Shown here: piece after piece, positions 21,372 to 31,497 of the stretch
How positions within the stretch are numbered: the first letter of the stretch is position 1
How the letters are laid out: the number at the start of each line of letters is the position of its first letter
Translations under genes and position numbers: made by a program
Origin: an uncultured Methanosarcinaceae archaeon
GTDB taxonomy: Archaea > Halobacteriota > Methanosarcinia > Methanosarcinales > Methanosarcinaceae
Assembly (NCBI GenBank): GCA_963727895.1
Contig: CAVSHT010000013.1
Location: 32,001 to 96,000 of the forward strand
Reading direction: 5' to 3'
Length of the DNA: 64,000 bases
Notes under the pieces: generated by a model
What the model was told of the DNA's origin: nothing
Seen by the model: the letters and a program-made list of their open reading frames with translations, nothing else
Databases searched by the model: none

Positions 21372-23210
21372 TTATTCCCTGCCAGCATCATTTTTCTTCT
21401 TGCAGAAGCGAGCTCCGCTTATTAGTTCATAATATTGTTCAGTAGGAGCTTTCCAATCCATATCTTTTGCAAGGAGAAAAGCTTCCCTACAGAGGAGCTT
21501 GTATTTTACCCTGTCTTCTATAAAATTCCGTGTAAAATAGCTGACTGCCAGGGCGTAATCAAGGACGGTTTCGTAATAAGAAAGATTGATATTGTCTACC
21601 ACTATCACTCCACCAAGAACTTCTTTGAGGGATTCGATCGTCTTTATCGCATCACTGAAGCCACAGACCCGGCTGACCACACTTGGAGTCCCTTCTTTTC
21701 CGGCTTCAAGCCCTGTTAGCAGAAAAGGATCGTAACGTGAAGGAAAGATGCCTGCACAACAGCCTGCCATAAATTCTTCAACTTCCATACCCAGCCCTCC
21801 ATCAGAGATTGAGAGTATCTGAGGATATAAAAGTGCTGCAACTGAACGTTTTCCCCTTACCATTTCCGAAAAATCCAATCCTTTCTCTTCAATCATCTGC
21901 TGGATCTTTAGTTCATTTCCTACAAGCACTTCTTTTGGCAAGTTAACAGGAAATCCTGATGGGATGTTTGTTTTGGGACCTTCTGCCGTAACAAGGAAAC
22001 AAATTACTCTAATGTCCTCCTGCATATGTCCTTCGAGAATGTTATTCTTTATTATATGCTCAAGAGCAACAAGAGAATCAAGAAGATCTGGATATCCTTT
22101 ATTCTCTACTTCCAGACGGGAAATTGTGAAAATTGGGATTATCGTTTCAGGCTCTATCCTTTCCCCTCCATGGTACTTGTACAGGTTTTCGGAAAGGAAT
22201 TTCCTTATTTTTTCAAGGGAGATTTCTTTCAGGGTCCAGTCTATTTTATCGGACTCTATAGTTATTCCATTTCGGATTACAATTCCATTAACTCCGTAAA
22301 AGAGCCTTGCTTCCTGTCGTGTTGACTCCCCGACTGCAGTAACTGTATCAGCATATGAAGCAAGGGCTTCAAGAGCAGCTAGGTTTTCAGGTACTCCTGA
22401 AGGCCATATGCTGTCATTGTTTCTTCTTTTCTGGATCGAGTTGTATCCTGCAGTCCTTCCGGGAAGAGTTGCATGCAGGGTTGCAACCGTATTTACCGGA
22501 ATTCCTAATTTTTTAAGTCTGGTTGGTGCATAAAATACCCCAAATTCATGGCAGTGCAGAGAGACTTTGTGGCAGGGGATAAAACCTTCTGTTAAAGTTG
22601 TGTAGGATGTTTTGGTGTTTCTCGAAGTTGAGTTTATAAGGAGCCGAACAAGCTCGGAGATTGCATAAGAAAGACAAAGGTAATGGGTATATTCTGGTCC
22701 ATTTGACATACTCTCATATTTAAGGGAATCCAGTTCAAGGTGGTTGTAGGCTTCAGCCTTGATTCTACCTTCAAGAGTCATCTCTTTTCCCATATACATC
22801 GTCCGTATTTTTCCAAAATCTGATGTTTGAAACTGCAAATAACTTATTTTCATTTTTCCTATCAGTTTGCTTCCTGTAAATACCTTGATACCTGATTTTT
22901 CAAGGGCTTCGAGACTTTTCTTGAGTTCTTCGCCAGGATTGAGAGGTTCAAATTCTTCCATATGCGTAATCCTGTTCAATCCCCTGTTCCAATCCGCACC
23001 TATATGAGCATAATAAGGGCCCACGACAAGTATCTCTGTGCCTTCCTTTTTATCCAATTTACCGGAATCAAATAGAACAGCAAGGGTTTGTGCTTCTTCA
23101 TGAATGACATTCCAGATCCCGCCCATTTTGTTTGATTTCGGACCTGCTTCTTCTCCGGCAATTACGATAAAGTGTTTTTCCAAATCCTGATCCTCCCAGC
23201 TTTTTTCCAT
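21372..23210 (-). CDS. GT3-like glycogen/starch synthase family protein
   Basis: NKMGGIWNV, HCHEF, TLHATLPGR, RLEVENKG and FPSRYDPF resemble GT3 glycogen synthase motifs. Confidence 0.78.
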   Translation of the reverse strand: MEKSWEDQDLEKHFIVIAGEEAGPKSNKMGGIWNVIHEEAQTLAVLFDSGKLDKKEGTEILVVGPYYAHIGADWNRGLNRITHMEEFEPLNPGEELKKSLEALEKSGIKVFTGSKLIGKMKISYLQFQTSDFGKIRTMYMGKEMTLEGRIKAEAYNHLELDSLKYESMSNGPEYTHYLCLSYAISELVRLLINSTSRNTKTSYTTLTEGFIPCHKVSLHCHEFGVFYAPTRLKKLGIPVNTVATLHATLPGRTAGYNSIQKRRNNDSIWPSGVPENLAALEALASYADTVTAVGESTRQEARLFYGVNGIVIRNGITIESDKIDWTLKEISLEKIRKFLSENLYKYHGGERIEPETIIPIFTISRLEVENKGYPDLLDSLVALEHIIKNNILEGHMQEDIRVICFLVTAEGPKTNIPSGFPVNLPKEVLVGNELKIQQMIEEKGLDFSEMVRGKRSVAALLYPQILSISDGGLGMEVEEFMAGCCAGIFPSRYDPFLLTGLEAGKEGTPSVVSRVCGFSDAIKTIESLKEVLGGVIVVDNINLSYYETVLDYALAVSYFTRNFIEDRVKYKLLCREAFLLAKDMDWKAPTEQYYELISGARFCKKKNDAGRE

Positions 23211-23337
23211 CTAGTTATATTTATATTTCAATTAGCTTGTATATATTAATCTATCAATTGAAAAATAAACTTGCAAAGGATAAAGCTGCATGAAAAATAA
23301 TTTAAATTTAGGCATTCAGTATCTGAAATTACTGTAT

Positions 23338-23467
23338 GAGCCTATCCCAAAAGCTACTTTATTCTTAATTGTTGGGAATTTTCGGAATTGTTTTCACAAT
23401 CAAAAGCTTGGTTGAATATATGAAATTGAATGCCTAATATGCAAATTTTGAGTTTTAGGATAGGCTT
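23338..23467 (+). mobile_element. MITE (130 bp), copy 1
   Basis: Terminal inverted repeats AGCCTATCCCAAAA / TTTTAGGATAGGCT; TAT on both flanks; an inverted second copy lies at 30542-30669. Confidence 0.85.
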
Positions 23468-23604
23468 TATGAAAAAAGGAAAAAGTCTGAAAGCTACTGT
23501 CTATTTCTGATCTATTAAATATAATTGCAGTCTTGTCTATTCAGGAATTTTTTGTTTGGGAGTTGGAGTCTCTGGACTAATCTGAGGAATATCATAAAAT
23601 TTTG

Positions 23605-24344
23605 GGCATTGTTACCTAACTATATCTAGTTCTTTATTTCTTTATTTCATCAATAGAATAACCGAGTACTTTAGCATTTCAAGACTCTTCGTATAACACT
23701 TTGTCTTTCTTCTCAATCTTGCCAAAAAGTGCCTCAATATGCTGTTATATCCTTCAACAGTATACGTTTCTGCTTTGGATTGAGTATGGATCTTTTCTGG
23801 AAGAAACTCTGCATATGCTCTACAGTGATCTGTCATCACTTCTCCGATCTCTTTTTTCTTCAATTTTTCCCAGAGTAATTTTCCAGTTTCCGTTCCTCTG
23901 CTGCCAAAAGAGCAGTTGATGAACTTTTTCCCAACTCTATCAACAGCAATCCAGATCCAGCAATATTTTTTTTGTTACCGATGTAAGTGTGCATTTCATC
24001 CATTTCAACAATAGATATCTCATTTTCACTTTTTAGGTTCTCTAACTCCTGACCAAATTTCTTGATCCATTTTTGGACAGAGACGTGACTTACCCCTAAA
24101 ACTCTTCCTATTGAGCGAAAGCCCAATCCTTCAAGATAGAGTTGTAAAGCCTGTCTTTTAACAGAGGCGGAAAAAGCAGTTGATTTTAGCTCTACTGTAT
24201 AGTTATATCCACAATCATGGCATTTGTAACGTTGACGCCCGCCAACTATACCATTCTTTTTGTGACTGGAACTATTACATTTTGGGCAGTTCATGAAGAA
24301 ATATACTTTCTAATAGTATATAACTATGTTTAAGTATCAATGCC
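23605..24344 (-). mobile_element. IS1-family insertion sequence, full length
   Basis: TIRs GGCATTGTTAC / GTATCAATGCC; perfect 8-bp target duplication AAATTTTG; InsA- and InsB-like ORFs. Confidence 0.95.
23642..24294 (-). CDS. IS1 transposase (InsA zinc ribbon/HTH plus InsB, joined by a -1 frameshift)
   Basis: CPKC...RQRYKCHDC and EMDEMH; A8 slippery run at 23966-23973; InsB frame reads WIWIAVDR...TDH...VEGYNSILRH. Confidence 0.9.
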
Positions 24345-24466
24345 AAATTTTGTTATTTTACAAGCATTCCGTTATTTTTTACTATCTTTGTAGTATTTTG
24401 AAACAATTCGGTAGCATCTGATATACAACATCTTTATTCACTATATTTAAAAATAAATCTAATTGT

Positions 24467-25294
24467 TCAAATCATTGTCTGATAGTAACCTTTTTTCTCT
24501 ATGACTTCAACAGGGATCGAAAACAGATTAGATAGGTTAGCATCAGTTAGAACTTCCTGTTTTTTTCCGTCCATGAAGATTTTCCCGTCTTTTATAAGGA
24601 TTACACGATTAATTTTGGGAATTATATCTTCAAGGGAATGAGTTACCAGAATAATACTTTTTCCAGAGTCTGCAATTTTCTGTAGCATTTCACGGAAGCT
24701 GTGAAGAGCTTTAATATCAAGGCTATTTGTAGGCTCATCCAGAACAAGGGCTTCCGGGTCGTGCACAAGGGCTCTTCCTATAAGTACCCTTCTTGCTTCT
24801 CCTGAGGATAGCTCGGATATCATCCTGTCTGCGAGGTGGAAAATTTCCAAAAATTTGAGAACTTCTCTTGCTCTCGCTTCCATTTCAGGAGTGACTTTAT
24901 GGTTATAGTAAATTCCTATACTGCTAAAAAACCCTGAGAGCACAACATCCAACACATTTATTTTACGGAAGTAGGTTTGTTGAAGATCTCCAGAAACTAT
25001 GCCTAACAATTTCCTGAGCTCAAAGACGTTCCAGATTCCTTTACCCATGATGTTTAGAACAAGTCCATCTACTGCTGCAAGGGGGTAATATTCTTTTGTA
25101 AATGTCTTGATAAGGGATGATTTTCCCGAACCATTAGGCCCGATAATTGCAACATGCTCTCCCTGCTCAATAGACAGAGATATTGAATCAAGGATTTTTC
25201 TTTCACCCCTGACAACGGTCACATTTTTCATTTCCAGCAAGGATATAGAATTAGCCTTTTCTGGAACGTTTATATTTTGAATCATTTTTATCAT
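24467..25294 (-). CDS. ABC transporter ATP-binding protein (ModF-like), stand-alone
   Basis: GPNGSGKS, LSSGE, LVLDEPT and VTH; no adjacent permease. Confidence 0.88.
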   Translation of the reverse strand: MIKMIQNINVPEKANSISLLEMKNVTVVRGERKILDSISLSIEQGEHVAIIGPNGSGKSSLIKTFTKEYYPLAAVDGLVLNIMGKGIWNVFELRKLLGIVSGDLQQTYFRKINVLDVVLSGFFSSIGIYYNHKVTPEMEARAREVLKFLEIFHLADRMISELSSGEARRVLIGRALVHDPEALVLDEPTNSLDIKALHSFREMLQKIADSGKSIILVTHSLEDIIPKINRVILIKDGKIFMDGKKQEVLTDANLSNLFSIPVEVIEKKGYYQTMI

Positions 25295-25895
25295 CTATTT
25301 TAAATTCTGAAATAAAAATCTCACAAATGCCTGAATTTTAGATTCTATTTATTGTTAGCAAACCAATTTATAGTTATATATAAATATTTACATCAACTCA
25401 TTTGGAAATATGTGATCAGGATTATTAGCATAGGCAAAATCATAGTACAATCAAATATAAATATTGCTAAAAAGGCATGAATAAGTAACTCGAGTGTAAC
25501 AAATTGCTGGATTACAACCTGAATAATGATCATATAATATTAACCAGAAGCAATAACCTTGAATCAAAGCTATATTTAACTCCATTGAAATATTTCAAAA
25601 CTGTTTTTATAAACTGGGTCAAGAATTTCAGAGGTTTATAAATATCTGGTCTTAAATATCTCTCTAAATTGTTTAAACCAGAATCTTAGATTTATTTCAA
25701 CTATTTTTGCCAATTTTTGCGATTCTTAATATTTTTAAGTTTTTCAGATTAAAATTATTTCCTAAACTTCTTATCAAGTGCCTTTTTCAAAAATATTAAA
25801 CTCTATTTTAGTTTCTTGTGTTTGTTTCTTGCGTTTATATAATCTTATAACCTAGTTTTGCTTCTACAGAAAAATGGAGTATTTTTGGGGGTTTT

Positions 25896-26255
25896 TTGTT
25901 GGAAGTTTACAATACTCGGGGTTCGTTCAGTTCTTATCTCTATGAGGTACGTTTTATCATTCTTTTCTATGTAATCGGAGATTGGGCTTCCACTGTTTAT
26001 GCTCTACCTCAAGGGACTGAATATAATCCGGTTCCTGCCATGATTCTTGAAAATTATGGTATTTATCATCTTTTACTTGTCAAATTAGGGTTTATTCTAA
26101 TGCTTTTTTATGCAGCGCCATTGATAAAAACTTCAGTGTCCAGGTGGATTTTTACAAAGCGTATTATAGAATTCGTGGGCATCTTTGTAACCATAAATAA
26201 TCTTATGGTTATATGGTCTGGAATCAGTTTAATACAGGCTATAGGGCTTATCTGA
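25896..26255 (+). CDS. Small membrane protein (DUF5658-like)
   Basis: Three hydrophobic segments; GDWAST...EYNP...K...NN pattern. Confidence 0.7.
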   Translation: MLEVYNTRGSFSSYLYEVRFIILFYVIGDWASTVYALPQGTEYNPVPAMILENYGIYHLLLVKLGFILMLFYAAPLIKTSVSRWIFTKRIIEFVGIFVTINNLMVIWSGISLIQAIGLI

Positions 26256-26382
26256 CTTAATCAGGCTAATTTACTGCATTATTCCTTCCTTTTTAATAGG
26301 TTTACTTGAATTCTTTTTCAAATTTATGTCTCTTTTTTCCTCTAATATATGTTCTTTTTCCTCTCTTCTTGATGTCTTTCTG

Positions 26383-26922
26383 TTACCTTGTTTTCGCATA
26401 CAGGAAACAATCGTAATAATCTTCTCCGATACGATGTACTTTTTTCAGGATCCCTTCTTTTTCGTACTTACATTTCTGGGCCACTCGTTCGCTTGCAGGG
26501 TTTCGAGTATCCATAAGGATGATAAGTCTCTGTAAATCCAGTTTCTCAAATCCAACTTTCTCAAGCTGTTTTACAGCTTCGGTTGCAATTCCTTTTTCCT
26601 GATAATCTCTGTCAATAAAATACCCGATTTCTCCTACCCAAGGTCTATGCTGATCTATTTTGATTCCACAGGCTCCTATAAGTCTTCCATAATAAAGGAC
26701 GGAATAATTGTACTCAAAGTTAGCTTTTCTTTTAGCTTCATTTAATTGCAGAAAATACTTTTCTTCTTCAAGCGTTTTTATCGGAAATTCGATAAACTCA
26801 AGGTTTGTATGTGTTATTATCTCAAGGAAACGTTCGGCATCAAAAAGTTCTTGAGGACGAATTTTTACTTCGGACATAAACAGAGATTGAATTTCCATCC
26901 TAAAAAACATTTTCTGGTTCAT
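26383..26922 (-). CDS. GNAT acetyltransferase, RimJ/RimL type
   Basis: GEIGY, YQEKGIATEA, NPASERVAQK and EG; possible start at 26877. Confidence 0.9.
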   Translation of the reverse strand: MNQKMFFRMEIQSLFMSEVKIRPQELFDAERFLEIITHTNLEFIEFPIKTLEEEKYFLQLNEAKRKANFEYNYSVLYYGRLIGACGIKIDQHRPWVGEIGYFIDRDYQEKGIATEAVKQLEKVGFEKLDLQRLIILMDTRNPASERVAQKCKYEKEGILKKVHRIGEDYYDCFLYAKTR

Positions 26923-27005
26923 CTTTTATTCTCAGAAGAGTACTTGTAAATAAATTTGGTTAATAAAAATAAAATATAAGTATAACTCTCATTTAATAGA
27001 GAACT

Positions 27006-27713
27006 GTGGAACACAATATTATGTCTAGAATCCGAGCAGATCTAATTCTGAATCTGGATGAGAACACAAAAGTAAGTTGTTCTCGTTTTTTTAAAGAAGA
27101 AATACTCTGCTATGGGGTAAAATCTGTATTTGTAAAAAAAATCGCAAAAAATTATTTTAATGAAATTAAGTCCAAAAATAAAAAAGAGATCTTTTCCCTG
27201 TGCGAAGAGCTTTTTCAATCTGATTACTGTGAAGAAGCTTATATTGCAGCTGAATGGGTCTCTCAGGTAAAAAATTATTATTCTGAGGATGATTTCTTTA
27301 CCTTTGAACGGTGGATTGATAATTACATCAACAATTGGGCAAAGTGTGACACTCTATGTAATCACGCAGTGGGTTCTTTTATAGAAAAATTTCCTGAATA
27401 TGTGGAAAATCTCAAGGTTTGGGCCTTGTCGGAAAACAGATGGTTAAGGCGATCTGCTGCAGTAACTCTTATTCTACCCGCCCGAAAAGGTGATTTCTTA
27501 TATAATGTTTTCGAAATCTCCGATATTCTGCTCAAAGACAAGGAGGATCTGGTTCAGAAAGGTTATGGCTGGATGCTTAAAGAAGCAAGCAAACTACATT
27601 GTCAGGAAGTCTTCAATTATATTATGAGTAATAAAAATGACATGTCTCGAACAGCTTTCAGGTATGCAATCGAGAAAATGCCAGAAGAACTGAGAGCTAA
27701 AGCTATGAAATAA
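27006..27713 (+). CDS. DNA alkylation repair protein (AlkD-like HEAT repeat)
   Basis: YGV, NNWAKCD, NRWLRR, LVQKGYGWMLKE and RYAIEKM. Confidence 0.9.
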   Translation: MEHNIMSRIRADLILNLDENTKVSCSRFFKEEILCYGVKSVFVKKIAKNYFNEIKSKNKKEIFSLCEELFQSDYCEEAYIAAEWVSQVKNYYSEDDFFTFERWIDNYINNWAKCDTLCNHAVGSFIEKFPEYVENLKVWALSENRWLRRSAAVTLILPARKGDFLYNVFEISDILLKDKEDLVQKGYGWMLKEASKLHCQEVFNYIMSNKNDMSRTAFRYAIEKMPEELRAKAMK

Positions 27714-27902
27714 TAACGGGAAAACTTACGCTAAGTAATGTAAGTGACTGAAATGAAATGAGTAATGTGTATCAGGGTACTTGTTTCAAATTAATGGAAT
27801 TTGTTATTTCTGAAATTCTTACAGTAACTAATAACTTAAAAAGTAAATTCTATAAAAGTAGAGAACTGAACTCAAAAAATGTCACAAAAATTTGTGAATG
27901 TA

Positions 27903-27961
27903 GGGAGTAAGGAACTTTTCCGGTACAGTACCCCCATACTGTATCTTTGATCCTTACCCCC
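27903..27961 (+). ncRNA. Candidate sRNA hairpin with a C-rich loop
   Basis: GGGAGTAAGGA/TCCTTACCCCC outer stem, GGTACAGTA/TACTGTATC inner stem, CCCCCA loop. Confidence 0.35.
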
Positions 27962-28403
27962 AAGTGTTCCCCCTTTTATTCCTGTATTTTTCCTGCAATC
28001 AAATTCTGCAGGAACTTTCATACAACTTTTGTCTACGTTACAGTTAAAAGGATCTATTCACAAGTATTTTGTTCTATTTACTCACCTATGGTACGAATTT
28101 AACATTTATGATGCTTTTAATAATAACGTTCTCCTCTTATTAATATTCTATGTCTTTTTGTAAAATTGTATTATTAAAAATAGTCTAACCGTATAATAAA
28201 GCCGGAAAATAAGAAATTCTCATTTCATTACTTTATCAAAATATATCTACTTTACTTATATAGATGGCTAAATATCTATTAAACAGAACATTTAAATTAC
28301 AAATGATAAGACCCATCTCTAAATATTGGACCCTTTTTTAAACCTCTAAAATTCAATTTCTGTTTTTTCTGTTACTTTTAGCTGTTATCATAATTTATTC
28401 AGG

Positions 28404-28528
28404 TTAACGAATATTATGTTTGACAGTGAATATAATCTCTGATAGCGAATATAATACCTGATAATGGGTATATATCTGATAGTATGTATCTCTAATAGGG
28501 ATATAATGTCTATTAGTGAATATATTTT
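28404..28528. repeat. Degenerate 16-19-bp tandem repeat, about 7 units
   Basis: TGACAGTGAATATAATCTC, TGATAGCGAATATAATACC, TGATAATGGGTATATATC and further units. Confidence 0.6.
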
Positions 28529-28715
28529 AATATAGTAATCTTTAAACTATTATTCTCTGCTAAGGTTAAAATCATTTAAACAAGAAATTAAATAATTAAT
28601 GTATAAGTATTATCCAATTAATATATTTTAGACTCATGGCTAAGATTTTTTAAAATAAATCAATGATTAAAATAGGTTTAGGGTAAATCAAAGAGTAAAA
28701 TTATAAGGTACATGT

Positions 28716-28871
28716 ATGTTGAGAGAAATAATTGACTCAATTTGGATTAGCGTTGTTTATACTATAGCAGTTTTGGCAATTGCTGTAGTTTATATGACCA
28801 ACTGCAAGAATGCAGGTAGACTAAACGATCTAATTTCTTCATTTGCTTACAGATTGGTGGATGACTTTTAA
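28716..28871 (+). CDS. Candidate 51-aa single-pass membrane protein
   Basis: MLREIIDSIWISVVYTIAVLAIAVVYMTNCKNAGRLNDLISSFAYRLVDDF; AAGGT upstream. Confidence 0.45.
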   Translation: MLREIIDSIWISVVYTIAVLAIAVVYMTNCKNAGRLNDLISSFAYRLVDDF

Positions 28872-29045
28872 GTGTGGTAAATTAAATTTTTCAATTAGAT
28901 AAGATTTCATTACCACTTTTGGATAAGCTCGATATAAATTTTTACGTTGATGAAGTTGTTAGCAAAATTCACTAACTATGAAATCTATAAATAAAAAACA
29001 GTTATTAAAAAATGATGGATAAAGGTGCTTTATCTAAACGAGCTT

Positions 29046-29444
29046 TTATTCTGTAGTTACTCCGTCGAATTCCGCTTCATTGGCTTCGGCTTCTTCTTTT
29101 GTTGCACGTACAATTCCTTCTTTGTGGTGCGCTGGCGAATATATTGTATAAAGTTTTAGATCCTCTGTTTTCGAAGTGTTAATGACATTGTGCTGTGCGC
29201 CGGCTGGTACAACAACTGCAACTCCGTCACTGAGTTCGTATTCGTTTCTATCTATTATACATTTCCCCTGACCCTGTTCAAAACGGAAAAATTGATCATT
29301 TTCTTCGTGTACTTCCATTCCAATTTCTTCCCCAGGTCTGAGGCTCATAAGTACTAGTTGGCTATGCTTTGCAGTATAGAGTACCTTGCGGAAATTACTG
29401 TTTTCTAGAGTTTCCTCTTCTATATTTGTAGAAAATCCTTTCAT
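29046..29444 (-). CDS. Cupin domain protein
   Basis: NFRKVLYT, EIGMEVH...DQFF, VPAGAQHNV and LYTIYSPAHH. Confidence 0.92.
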   Translation of the reverse strand: MKGFSTNIEEETLENSNFRKVLYTAKHSQLVLMSLRPGEEIGMEVHEENDQFFRFEQGQGKCIIDRNEYELSDGVAVVVPAGAQHNVINTSKTEDLKLYTIYSPAHHKEGIVRATKEEAEANEAEFDGVTTE

Positions 29445-30541
29445 ACATTTTGGTTTGTGGTTAATCCTATATAATATTATTCGCAAAAAAACTATTCTAA
29501 TAATATTTTAATATTTAATATTTTAATTATTATTTATAAATATTTTATCTAATTTATTCATATATACTTCAAAATATATTTTTTCAAAACAATGTCCTTA
29601 ATTAATGATTTCTCCTAGAAATTTAATAACAAAATTTAATTGTATTAAATGGAGCCTAAATAAAGTACTTCTACAATGGTATCTAAAAACTCGTCATTTT
29701 CCTATTTAATTTATAAAGTTTTATTCTGTTTATAGAGCTTAATGACTTTATTTTTAATTTTGTCTTTTCATCTTTTAAGTATGGATGCAAAGATATCGAC
29801 GTAACTAAAAAGAACTGGATTCTTCTAAAAAAAGAGGTTAATTAAGAGAATATATACAAGCTGAAAAAATTGATTACTTTTTTAAGTTGTATTTGATACT
29901 CTGATGCGGCGACTTATTATAGGTAAGGAAAACATATCGCAAACAGTAGAATGTGTTGGATTCACAAAAATTGACCTTTAACTAGAGATAAATGAGATGA
30001 TGTTTAGGTTTTCTTGAAAATAATTCACAGCAAAAACTATAGTTACCTCATAAAAATAAAAAATGAATTATTGCCCGAAAAATTAAAATATTCGTGAACA
30101 GGATAAATTAATAAGTAGACTTAAATAATTTCCTCCCGAATATCTCCTGCTGGTTTTTCGGGTATTATAATTAATTTAAAACTTAAAATATTGAAACGTA
30201 TCGAAAATGTTAAAAAGGATGTTACATTATCGTGCTTTTAATAACATATAAAGGTAAAAGGAGCAAATAAGACGTCACCACTCGAAATACAAACCTCAGT
30301 ATGTATATTGTTGCTTTTGTCAATATGTTTCACAATTTTGTGCTGCAGCTGTAAACTTTACGCCTTGAGGTGTTCAAAACATAGTAAAGTGTAAGAATAA
30401 GATATGATTTTTATAGCTGGGCAAAATTAACTTTACTCTTTTTAATTATTTATTTTTTATTTTTTGTTATTTCTTGAGTCTTTGTGCCTCCAATTTATTT
30501 ATGTCACTCCTAAATTTTCTAAGTAAATTTTTGTTTCTTAT

Positions 30542-30669
30542 GAGTCTATCCTAAAACTCAAAATTTGCTTCTCAGACATTCAATTTCATATATTCAACCA
30601 AGCTCATGATTGTGAAAACAGTTCCGGAAATTCTCCACAATTAAATAAAGTGGCTTTTGGGATAGGCTT
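30542..30669 (-). mobile_element. MITE (128 bp), copy 2, inverted
   Basis: Diverged reverse complement of 23338-23467; ends GAGTCTATCCTAAAA / TTTTGGGATAGGCTT; TAT on both flanks. Confidence 0.85.
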
Positions 30670-30878
30670 TATAATAAACATGAGATATCAGGTTAAAGTT
30701 ACCATTAAGTTATTTTATGATACTACTTCAAATATCGATCTATTAAACAGATTTATGTATAGAAAGAGGTTGAAGGTGAACTAAAAAGAACTTGATATGT
30801 AAATAAGATATGAAAGAGACTAAAACTAGTTGAGCAAGAATTAATAATGCAGGAATTGAATTTTTTTTAAATATATTT

Positions 30879-31052
30879 TTATTTATTGTCGTTTAAAACT
30901 ATTCCCCTTATTTCTAATAATTCAGATAATCTATTCAAAGCATATTTTTTTTCATTTATCGTAATTTGTAACTTATTAACCTCGGCTTCTAACTGCGCGA
31001 TTTCTATTTTTAGCTGTAGTACTTGCTCTTTAAGAAGGTCATTACTTTGCAT
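30879..31052 (-). CDS. Candidate 57-aa leucine-zipper / coiled-coil protein
   Basis: MQSNDLLKEQVLQLKIEIAQLEAEVNKLQITINEKKYALNRLSELLEIRGIVLNDNK with Leu at 7, 14, 21, 28 and 42; TATA-like TTTATACA upstream. Confidence 0.6.
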   Translation of the reverse strand: MQSNDLLKEQVLQLKIEIAQLEAEVNKLQITINEKKYALNRLSELLEIRGIVLNDNK

Positions 31053-31497
31053 TATATCCGTCCAATGACTATGTATTAACCCCTTAACTCAATTATATTA
31101 CTTATGTATAAATCAATGCGTCTTTACTTTTTAGAATTTACCTTACTGTACTTATACCACCATTATCTGTTTCTCTGTTATATACTTACGGCATCAAATT
31201 TCGGTAATGGGCATGAGTTATTGAAAATCGTAAGCATAAGAATCTCTCTACATTTTCCTCAAATACGGAAGATGTACTTGCTTTTTCGGAATTGATCAAT
31301 AACTCACGGACACGACCAAAATTTCTATCATTAAGAAATCGCGGATAGGATCCGCTAAAACAGGAATTAGAGCTTCTAAATTAGGGCAGATATTTCTCTA
31401 AATAGTTAAAAAGGGTTTTCCTGATAGGGGAAGAGAGCTTCTCCTAAACAGGAATTAAAATAGAAATTCTCCTGGCTTCTAAAAGACTTGATAGTAT

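Noticed and set aside
29780..30000. Possible IS630-type HTH remnant (RRLIIGKENISQTVECVGFTK)
   Set aside because: Too degraded; no ends or continuous frame support a call
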